Shown: piece after piece, positions 9,002 to 16,718 of the stretch
How the letters are laid out: each line of letters begins with the position of its first letter
How positions within the stretch are numbered: the stretch's first letter is position 1
Assembly: GCA_016218805.1 (NCBI GenBank)
Contig: JACRCW010000032.1
Span: 53,197-73,196, forward strand
Direction: 5' to 3'
Origin: Deltaproteobacteria bacterium
GTDB taxonomy: Bacteria > Myxococcota > JACRCW01
DNA: 20,000 nt
Translations under genes and position numbers: made by a program
The notes under the pieces: model-generated
Databases searched by the model: none
What the model was told of the DNA's origin: nothing
What the model saw: only the letters and a program-made list of their open reading frames with translations

Positions 9002-10305
9002 AACAGCCGGCACGTCTGCTCCGTGTAGTCCGGCGACGCCAGGCACATGATGCGTTGGGTGGCGCGGCGCAGGGTGGAGCGCTGGGTGCTGGTGAGCGCG
9101 GTACCGGTATCCGCCACGCTCTTCACCGCCGTCACGTCCGCCAGGTCCTGTTGCAGCAGGTTGCGCGTGTCGGTGGTGAGGGACAGCGCGTCTACGATGC
9201 CGCCAGTGGCCAGTGCATCGCTCATCACGCCGTGGATTGTCTCCGCGTCCGTCCGGTCGTCGCGCCCCTGCGCATCAAACTGCGGGGTGGTGGTGGCGTC
9301 TCCCAGAGCGCGGACCAGCGCGAGCAGCAGTTGCGCTTCCAAGGCCATCCGGTCGTAGGACAGCGTGGAGGCCTCGTCCGACGGCGTGTGGTACATCTTG
9401 TTCTGCCCGTTGCTGAGGAACACCACGGGCACGCCGCGGTTGCGGAACGCGTCGTAGTCACTCCACGGTTGCATGCCGTTGCGGGTCTGTTCCACCAGGT
9501 GCAGGCCGCCGCGGCGCGCGCCGAGTCCGGCGGGAATATCCAGGGCGGCGGCGGCGGCGTTCACCTCGCTGCTGGACTCCGCACCCAGCACAAAATGCCC
9601 CGCGTAACCCGGCCACAGGTCCCCGCCCACCAGGTCCATGGCAATGGCCACGTCGGTGTCAGCCAGCGGAACCAGCGGGTGGCCGGCGTAGTACTCGCTG
9701 CCCATGTCGTTGGAGAGGAAGGTCGGGGGCTCCTCGGCGTCCCAGGCGGCAATGAGCACGCTGCGCTTGGGGGCCGCGCGGGACACTTCGCAGGCCACCG
9801 CCATCAGGATGGCCACCGCTGCCGCGTTGTCATTGGCGCCGTTGCAGACCGCGCCACCGCAGTCACCCAGGTGGTCATAGTGCGCGCTGACAATGATGTG
9901 CCGTGATGCAAGCGCGCTGTCCGTTCCCGCAATGCGTCCCAGCAGGTTGATGCCGGGTGAGGAGCCAATGGCCTGCTCAAAGCCCGTGGTGCCGGCCTCC
10001 TGCAGCCGGCACTGCCCCATGAGGTCCTTGATGTACGTACGCGCGGCCTGGGAGCCCGCGGTTCCCTCGTCACGGCCGTCCATGCTGTCTGAGGCCAGGT
10101 CCGTGGTGAGCCGCTGCAGCTCCGCTTCCGTCATGAAGGATGGGACGGGCGGCCCCGCGTCCGGCGTGCCGCTGCTGCCGCCGGAGGAGGACGACGACGA
10201 CGAGGACGACGACCCGCCGCCTCCGGACGACGACGAGGACGAGTTGGAGCCGCCGCTGCACGCGATGCACCCGGCCAATCCCAGCACTGCGACGGAACGT
10301 TTCAT
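8998..10305 (-). CDS. M28 family zinc metallopeptidase lipoprotein (435 aa)
   Basis: ATG 10305 with GGGAGAG upstream; MKRSVAVLGLAGCIAC lipoprotein signal then a Ser/Gly linker. M28 motifs: SAHYDH, GANDNAAAVA, WDAEEP, MDLVG, WSDY, YHTPSD. Confidence 0.92.
   Translation of the reverse strand: MKRSVAVLGLAGCIACSGGSNSSSSSSGGGGSSSSSSSSSSGGSSGTPDAGPPVPSFMTEAELQRLTTDLASDSMDGRDEGTAGSQAARTYIKDLMGQCRLQEAGTTGFEQAIGSSPGINLLGRIAGTDSALASRHIIVSAHYDHLGDCGGAVCNGANDNAAAVAILMAVACEVSRAAPKRSVLIAAWDAEEPPTFLSNDMGSEYYAGHPLVPLADTDVAIAMDLVGGDLWPGYAGHFVLGAESSSEVNAAAAALDIPAGLGARRGGLHLVEQTRNGMQPWSDYDAFRNRGVPVVFLSNGQNKMYHTPSDEASTLSYDRMALEAQLLLALVRALGDATTTPQFDAQGRDDRTDAETIHGVMSDALATGGIVDALSLTTDTRNLLQQDLADVTAVKSVADTGTALTSTQRSTLRRATQRIMCLASPDYTEQTCRLL
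10183..10240. repeat. (GAC/GAG)n trinucleotide-rich tract encoding the poly-Ser/Gly linker of the M28 lipoprotein
   Basis: gaggaggacgacgacgacgaggacgacgac...gacgacgacgaggac on +, read as TCG/TCC Ser runs on -. Confidence 0.75.
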
Positions 10306-10381
10306 CAGTGGCTCTCCCGGCAAGTGGGCGCTTTCTGGCAAGGGCCCACCGCCACTGCAAGGGCAGCGGCGTGCTTCCCTG

Positions 10382-10396
10382 TGGCGCGGTGCTGGC
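10382..10396 (+). promoter_or_regulatory. Candidate sigma-54 (-24/-12) promoter for the FHA-GAF-HD-GYP gene
   Basis: TGGCGCGGTGCTGGC versus consensus TGGCACGN4TTGC: GG-N10-GC spacing is exact and 9 of 11 defined positions match. Chance matches are common in GC-rich DNA and the leader would be very short. Confidence 0.25.
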
Positions 10397-10412
10397 CTAC
10401 ACCAACACAAAG

Positions 10413-11999
10413 ATGGGACCAGCACGGCTGTTCTACATGGATGAAGCGGGCTCCCGCCGCGGGCTCCCGCTCAAGGGCACCGTGGTCACGGTGGGCCGCG
10501 CGCGTGACAACATGGTGACCTTCCCGCGGCAGGAAGGCGTCAGCCGCTACCACGCGGAACTGGTGGGCCACGACGAGGGCTGGGTCATTGTGGACCGCGG
10601 CAGCAGCGCAGGGACGTTTGTCAACGGCGTGCAGGTGCAGCAGCACCCGCTGGAGAGCGGGGACGTGATCCGCCTGGGCCCGCCACCCGCGCCGGAGCTG
10701 ACCTACCTGGAGGTGGAGGAGGCCACCGCGCTGCGTGAGACCCCGGAGATGCGCGACGACTCCATGACGATCATGCGTCCGGCGCACAGCACGTTCCTGG
10801 ACCCGGAGAAGCTGCAGGCCGCGTCCGCGGGGAAGGGTGCGGCGCAGCTGGTGCAGCGGATGCGCGCGCTGTTTGAGGTCACCACCGCGCTGTTGCAGGT
10901 CCATGACGTGGACGCGCTGTGCCGCGTGGTGCTGGAGGCCGTGTTCCGAATGTTGGCGGCGGACCGCGGCGCCATCCTGTTGCGCGCGGGGAACGTGGAT
11001 GACCTGGTGCAGAAGGCCGCGCACGTGCGGCCGGGCCAGCCTGGAGACGGGTTTGCGCCGTCGCGCACCATCACGCACCGCGTGCTGGATGAGAACGTGG
11101 GCGTGCTGTCCATGGACGCCTCCACCGACGAGCGCTTTGAGCAGGGGGCGTCCCTGGTGATGCAGTCCGTGCGCAGCGTGGTGTCGGCGCCCATCTCCAG
11201 CGCGGGCCACGTGTGGGGCGTGCTGTACCTGGACACCACGCTGGCGCGGCGGTCGTTCGCGGAGGATGACCTGGAATTGCTGGTGGCCGTGGGGCGGCAG
11301 GCCGCCATGGCCATGCAGAATCTCCACCTGGTGGAGGAGCAGCAGAAGACATTTGAATCCATGATGCGCGCGCTGGCGCACAGCATTGACGCGCGGGACG
11401 GCATCACGGCGGGCCACTCCAGCCGCGTGGCCAAGTACAGCCAGGCCATCGGGCGGCACCTTGGGCTGTCGTCGGGGGAATGCCGCATCATCTGGTACGC
11501 GGGCCTGCTGCATGACTACGGCAAGATCGGCACGCGGGAGGCCGTGCTCACCAAGCCCGGCCCGCTGACCAGCGAAGAATACGAGCACATGAAGGAGCAC
11601 CCCAAGCACACCTTCCGCATCCTGTCGTCCATCAACTTCTCGCCGGAGATGCGGGACATCCCGCGCATTGCCGCCAGCCACCATGAGCGGCCCGACGGCA
11701 CCGGCTATCCGTTTGGCTGGAAGGGTGACGAGATCCCGATGGGCGGGCGCATCATTGCCGTGGCGGACTTCTTTGACGCGCTGACGGTGCGGCGGCACTA
11801 CCGCGAACCCGCGCCGCTGGAGGAGGTGCAGCGCATGATTGTGCAGGGGCGGGGCACGCAGTTTGACCACGACGTGGTGGAGGCGTTTGGGCGCTGGTTT
11901 GATCGCGAGTACGTGCCGTTTGCGCGGCGGATGGCGGAGCGGCGCGCCATTGTCCAGTCCGCCGACGAGTTGTCGTCACACAAGCAGCGCACCAAGTAG
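10413..11999 (+). CDS. FHA-GAF-HD-GYP cyclic dinucleotide phosphodiesterase (~528 aa)
   Basis: FHA: VGRARDN, VSRYHA, GTFVNG, LESGDVIRLG. GAF: SVRSVVSAPI...GVLYLD...FAEDDLELL. HD-GYP: GHSSRVA, LLHDYGKIG, KPGPLT, HHERPDGTGYP, IIAVADFFDAL, RHYR. Start is ATG 10413 (alternative ATG 10437). Confidence 0.92.
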   Translation: MGPARLFYMDEAGSRRGLPLKGTVVTVGRARDNMVTFPRQEGVSRYHAELVGHDEGWVIVDRGSSAGTFVNGVQVQQHPLESGDVIRLGPPPAPELTYLEVEEATALRETPEMRDDSMTIMRPAHSTFLDPEKLQAASAGKGAAQLVQRMRALFEVTTALLQVHDVDALCRVVLEAVFRMLAADRGAILLRAGNVDDLVQKAAHVRPGQPGDGFAPSRTITHRVLDENVGVLSMDASTDERFEQGASLVMQSVRSVVSAPISSAGHVWGVLYLDTTLARRSFAEDDLELLVAVGRQAAMAMQNLHLVEEQQKTFESMMRALAHSIDARDGITAGHSSRVAKYSQAIGRHLGLSSGECRIIWYAGLLHDYGKIGTREAVLTKPGPLTSEEYEHMKEHPKHTFRILSSINFSPEMRDIPRIAASHHERPDGTGYPFGWKGDEIPMGGRIIAVADFFDALTVRRHYREPAPLEEVQRMIVQGRGTQFDHDVVEAFGRWFDREYVPFARRMAERRAIVQSADELSSHKQRTK

Positions 12000-12039
12000 G
12001 CGGCTTGCAGCCCCGGGTGCCGGTGCGTAGGAACGCTCC

Positions 12040-13068
12040 ATGACCTCCCTCCACGTCCTCACCCAGGCTCCCGACGAGGTGGCGTGCGGCACCGGTGTGA
12101 CGGACGGCCGGGGCCGCGCCGTGCGCTACCTGCGCATGAGTGTGACGGACCGCTGTGACATGGCGTGCGTGTACTGCATGCCTGTGGGGTATCAGGGCAG
12201 CCCGCGCGCGGAGCTGCTGAGCTTTGAGGAGATGGTGCGCGTGGCGGTGGCGTTCCGCGCGGTGGGTGTGCGCACGGTGCGCCTCACCGGCGGTGAGCCG
12301 TTGGTGCGCCGGGACCTGGTGAGCCTGGTGGCGGCCATGAGCCGCGCTGCGCCCGGCATGGACCTGGCGCTCACCACCAACGCGGGGCTCCTGGAGCGGT
12401 TTGCGGGGCCGCTGCGCGAGGCGGGCCTCACCCGCATCAACGTGAGCGTGGACAGCGTCCGTGATGACGACTTCCGCCGCATCACGCGGGGCGGGGAGTG
12501 GCGCGCGGTGCGCGCGGGGATCCTGGCGGCGCGCACTGCCGGGTTCACGGAGCTCAAGACCAACACGGTGGTGCTGCGCCACGAAAACCTGTCCCAGGTG
12601 CGCGAGATTGCCCAGTGGGCGCTGGCCCACGCGCTGGTGCCGCGCTTCATTGAACTGATGCCGCTGGGCGAGGGCGCCGCGCTCATGGCGAACCACGTGC
12701 CGTGGGCCGAGGTCCGTGATGCGCTGGGGGACCTGCTGGGCGAGGCGCCGCCGGACCACCCGGCCGACCGGGGCCCGGCGTTCTACCTGCCGGCGCGCGG
12801 CGGCGGCCGCGTGGGGTTCATCACCGCCGTGTCCAACCAGTTCTGTGACGTGTGTGACCGCATCCGGATGACCGCCAAGGGCGAGCTGCGCGCGTGCCTG
12901 GCCAGCCCCGACGGTCTGTCCTTGCGTGACGTGATGCGCGCGGGCGCCACCGACGACGAACTGGTGGCCGTCCTGCGCGACGTGCTCGCCGGCAAGACCG
13001 CACACCGGTTCACGGAGTCCGGGTTTGGCCAGGCGCCCGGCGTGGTGATGACCGGCATCGGCGGCTGA
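12040..13068 (+). CDS. moaA: GTP 3',8-cyclase MoaA (radical SAM, molybdenum cofactor biosynthesis)
   Basis: YLRMSVTDRCDMACVYCMP (CxxxCxxC), VRLTGGEPLVR, LTTNA, RINVSVDS, RFIELMP, C-terminal cluster FCDVCDRIR...LRACL, terminal MTGIGG. Confidence 0.96.
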   Translation: MTSLHVLTQAPDEVACGTGVTDGRGRAVRYLRMSVTDRCDMACVYCMPVGYQGSPRAELLSFEEMVRVAVAFRAVGVRTVRLTGGEPLVRRDLVSLVAAMSRAAPGMDLALTTNAGLLERFAGPLREAGLTRINVSVDSVRDDDFRRITRGGEWRAVRAGILAARTAGFTELKTNTVVLRHENLSQVREIAQWALAHALVPRFIELMPLGEGAALMANHVPWAEVRDALGDLLGEAPPDHPADRGPAFYLPARGGGRVGFITAVSNQFCDVCDRIRMTAKGELRACLASPDGLSLRDVMRAGATDDELVAVLRDVLAGKTAHRFTESGFGQAPGVVMTGIGG

Positions 13069-13220
13069 CGGCGGTGTGCGCGCGGTCACGCCGGTGGCCA
13101 AGATAGCGGACGGGCCTCCGCTGCGGCACAGCGTGGCACGTTTCTCGGCGAGGAACGCGGTGAGCGCTGGTAGCGTGCCCCGCGCGCGCCGGCGTTCCAA
13201 CGGCGCCCCGGGGAAACAAC

Positions 13221-16200
13221 ATGCGAATGTCACGGACTCTGTTGGGGGTGGTTTGCACGTTGGCGTTGGGTGCGGGCCTGGGTTGCAGCGGCAGCACGGG
13301 CGATGACGACGACACCACGTCGTCCGGCAGCAGCGGCAACGCGAGCAGCTCGTCGTCGGGGATGACGTCGTCGTCGTCGTCGTCGGGCGGCAGTTCGCAG
13401 GGTGGGGGGAGTTCCCAGGGCGGCGGCTCGTCGGGGACGCTGGCTTCGTCCACGGGAGGCAGCTCGTCGTCCGGCGGGAGCACGTCGTCATCGGGCGGGG
13501 CCGCATCTGCTTCCGGCGGAACCACCTCCTCATCTGGCGGAACCACTTCTTCCTCCGGCGGAACCACGGCGGCGGAGAACTGCGCGGTGGCCGGTGACGA
13601 GGACCAGGATAGCGCGCCGGACTGCGCGGACCTGGACTGCGCCGCGGATGCCGCGTGCCAGCAGTGTGCCTCCACCACGCCCATCCGCTGCTCGGACGGA
13701 CGCTGCGTGGCGGCGGCCACGGACTGTGTCAGCACCTGCCCGGCGCGCTGCCCGGATGGTTCATGCGTGGCGGACGCCGCGCTGTGCGGCGGCAACGGCT
13801 GCCCGGTGGACCGGCCGGTGGCGTGCGACGGCACGTGCGTGCGTGACACCGCCGCGTGCGGAGGATGCGCCGGCACCACGTCCGTGCGCTGCCCCGACGG
13901 ATCCTGTGCCACCGCGGACAGCGCGTGCGGCGCCAACTGCCCGGTGCGGTGCGCGGACGGCACGTGCGCGGACACGGCTGACCGTTGCGGCACCAACGGA
14001 TGCCCCACGGACCGCCCGGTGATCTGCAACGGCCTGTGCGTGGCGGCGGCCACCGACTGCGGCACCTGCCCGCCGGAGCGCCCCGTGTTCTGCGGCGGCA
14101 CGTGCGTGGGGTCGCCGGACCAGTGCCCGTCGGTCTGCCCCTCCAGCGCGCCCACGCGTTGCCCGGATGGCTCGTGCCAGGCCACGCAGACGGAGTGCGG
14201 CGCCCTGTGCCGTTACACCTGCCAGGATGGTTCATGCGTGTCTGACCCGACGCTGTGCACCACCAACGGCTGCCCGGCGGACCTGCCCGTGCTGTGCAAC
14301 GGCCGCTGCGTGATTGCCCAGACCCAGTGCGACGCCTGCCCCTCCACCGCCCCGGTCCGCTGCCCTGACGGCAGTTGCACCGTTGACGTCTTGCGGTGCG
14401 CGGAGACGTGCACGTTCCAGTGTGCGGATGGCCGCTGCGTGTTTGATCCGTCCCAGTGCGGGGGTCTGGCCTGTCCGCCTGATGCGCCCGCGCGTTGCCC
14501 TGACGGGACCTGTGTGCGTTCCCAATCCGAATGCGCCACCTGCACCTTCCGCTGCACCGACGGCCGCTGCGTCTCCGACCCGGTGTTGTGCGCGGCCCAG
14601 GGCTGTCCGCCCGAGCTGCCGGCGTACTGCAACGGCACCTGCGTGCGTGACGCCGCCTCATGCCAGGTGTGCGACGCGACCAACTCCATCCGCTGTCCCG
14701 ACGGCACCTGCGTGACGGATGCGACGCAGTGCGGCTCCACCTGCCCGTTCCGTTGCACCGACGGCAGCTGCGTGAGCGACCCGCAACGCTGCGGCACCAA
14801 CGGCTGCCCGGCGGACGCGCCGTTCCTGTGCAACGGATTGTGCGTGCGTGACGTGTCCGCGTGCACCGGCTGTCCGGCCACATCGCCCGTGCGCTGCCCG
14901 GACGGATCCTGCGCCGCGTCCGCGGACCGCTGCGGTGCCAACTGCCCCGCGCGCTGCCCGGACGGGACGTGCGTGTCAGACCCCGCGTTGTGCGGAACCA
15001 ACGGCTGCCCCCCGGATGCGCCGCTGTTGTGCAATGGCCTGTGCGTGCGTGACACCACGCAGTGCGGCGCCTGTCCCACCTCCACGCCGGTGGCCTGCCC
15101 GGACGGCACCTGCGCGGTGTCCCCGGACCGTTGCGCGGACCAGTGCCCCCTGCGCTGCGCGGACGGCACGTGCGTGACGGCGTCCAACGCGTGCGGCGTC
15201 AACGGCTGACCCGCGGACCGCCCCGTGGCGTGCAACGGCGTGTGCGTGGCCACGCAGGCGGACTGCCAGGGCTGCCCGGTGGATGCGCCGTACCTGTGCA
15301 ATGGCCGCTGCGTGGCGGACCGCACGCTGTGCACCGCGTGCCCCTCGGACGCGCCCGTGCCCTGCCCGGACGGCAGCTGCGCACTGTCGGCGGAGCGCTG
15401 CGTGGTCAGCTGCCCGTACCGGTGCGCGGATGGGTCTTGCGTGACGGCGTCCACGGCGTGTTCCACCAACGGGTGCCCCGCCACTGCGCCCATCCTGTGC
15501 AATGGCCGCTGCGTGGCGGACCAGCGCCTGTGCAATGCCTGCCCGGCCACGGCTCCCGTGCTGTGCCCGGACAGCAGCTGCGCCGCCGCGGCGTCAGACT
15601 GCGGCGCCACCTGCCCGGTGCGCTGCGCGGATGGCAGCTGCGTGACGTCGGTGGACGCGTGCCTCACCAACGGCTGCCCGGCTGACCGCCCGGTGCTGTG
15701 CAACGGCCTGTGCGTGGCTGACCAGGCGCTGTGCAACGGTTGCCCGTCCACGCTCCCCGTCCGCTGCCCGGACGGGCGCTGCGCGGCGGTGGAGACGGAG
15801 TGCGCCAGCGCCTGCCCGGTGCGCTGCTCGGACGGGACGTGCGTGACCAGCGCGTCAGCGTGCGGCCAGAACGGCTGCCCGCTGGACCGCCCGCTGCTGT
15901 GTGACGGCGCCTGCGTGCCCGCCACCATGACCTGCGGCACCTGCTCCAGCACGGCCCCGGCCCGCTGTCCGGACGGCACCTGCGCCGCGTCACCGGACCG
16001 GTGCACCGCGTACTGCCCGTACGTCTGTCCGGGGAGCACGTTGTGCGTGCAGGACGCCACCCAGTGCGGCCAGCAGTGCCCGGCGGACGCGCCCATCCGT
16101 TGTCCCACCGGCCAATGCGTGACCAGCGACCTCATCTGCACGGGCGGCTGCAACACGCGCTGCGCGGACGGCCGCTGCGTGACGGACCCCACGCAATGCT

Positions 16201-16562
16201 CCAGCACGGCGTGCCCGTCCACGGCCCCGTTCCTGTGCACGGACGGCAGCTGCGTGCTGGACGTGTCACGGTGCGGCAACAACGGCTGCCCGGCCACGGA
16301 GCCCGTGCTGTGCCCGGACGGGCGGTGCGCGTCGTCGTCGCTGTTGTGCGCCAACAGCTGCCCGGCCCGGTGCTCAGACGGCCGCTGCGTGACGGACCCG
16401 GCCCAGTGCCAGGTGACCACCTGCCCCACGGACGCTCCCTTCCGGTGCACGGATGGCAGCTGCGTGCGGGACCAGGCCACCTGCCAGGCTCCGTGTCCCG
16501 CGGCCACACCGGTCCGCTGCCCCAACGGCTCGTGCGCGCAGTCCACCACGTCCTGCGGCTAG
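13221..16562 (+). CDS. Giant cysteine-rich lipoprotein (1113 codons, 43 four-Cys modules) interrupted by one in-frame TGA at 15207-15209 (recoded gene, fresh nonsense allele or sequencing error)
   Basis: Track ORFs 13221..15209 and 15225..16562 are in the same frame (offset 2004 = 668 codons). The junction reads ...GVNG*PADRPVACNGVCV..., matching sibling repeats NGCPADRPVLCNGLCV. Lipobox LGAGLG-C, ~95-aa Ser/Gly/Thr linker, ENCAVAGDEDQDSAPDCADLDC motif. Final stop TAG. Confidence 0.85.
13515..13567 (+). repeat. 21-bp tandem repeat (~2.5 copies) encoding GGTTSSS in the linker
   Basis: GGCGGAACCAC starts at 13515, 13536 and 13557. Confidence 0.85.
13665..16556 (+). repeat. Degenerate coding repeat array: 43 modules of 19-25 aa with a dominant three-module period of ~67 aa (~200 bp)
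   Basis: Types: A = CPxxxPxRCPDGxC-x6-C; B = CxxRCxDGxC-x6-C; C = NGCPxDxPxxCNGxC-x6-C. Mostly ordered ABC. Counted by hand from the translations. Confidence 0.85.
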
Positions 16563-16595
16563 GTCGCTGACCGCCGCTTCCCTACACCGCCCGCC

Positions 16596-16654
16596 GTTCC
16601 ACTGGTTCCGGTGGCTCCACGTGGAGCCCACCGGAATCCGGCGGAGCTTTTTTT
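16596..16654 (+). terminator. Rho-independent terminator after the Cys-rich gene
   Basis: Long imperfect stem 16596-16647 with the perfect palindrome GGCTCCACGTGGAGCC at 16613-16628, flanked by TTCCGGT/ACCGGAA, followed directly by T7 (16648-16654). Confidence 0.85.
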
Positions 16655-16718
16655 GACCCCTCAGCATGGCCCCCGTACCCTCGCCGCGGACGCAATTGTT
16701 CTCCCCCATGGAGCGGCC

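Noticed and set aside
13134..13149. TGGCACG sigma-54-like -24 box upstream of the Cys-rich gene
   Set aside because: GG-to-GC spacing is 11 rather than the required 10, and there is no TTGC.
14213..16549. 778-aa antisense ORF (and 13010..14185) over the Cys-rich gene; the TGA-creating base is silent in this frame
   Set aside because: Shadow of a GC-rich repeat-coding strand. The invariant Cys pattern, lipobox and terminator all belong to the + strand.
13665..16556. CRISPR array or diversity-generating repeat
   Set aside because: Repeats are degenerate at synonymous positions, conserve protein sequence, have no repeat-spacer structure, and no cas or reverse transcriptase gene is present.
15225..16562. 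Independent 445-aa gene starting at GTG 15225
   Set aside because: Starts mid-module with no RBS or signal peptide and is in frame with the upstream ORF; better read as the continuation of 13221.
12040..16562. Radical SAM enzyme plus Cys-rich substrate as a RiPP (ranthipeptide/sactipeptide) cluster
   Set aside because: The enzyme has all MoaA-specific motifs including the C-terminal GG, and the Cys-rich product is a large exported lipoprotein, not a precursor peptide.
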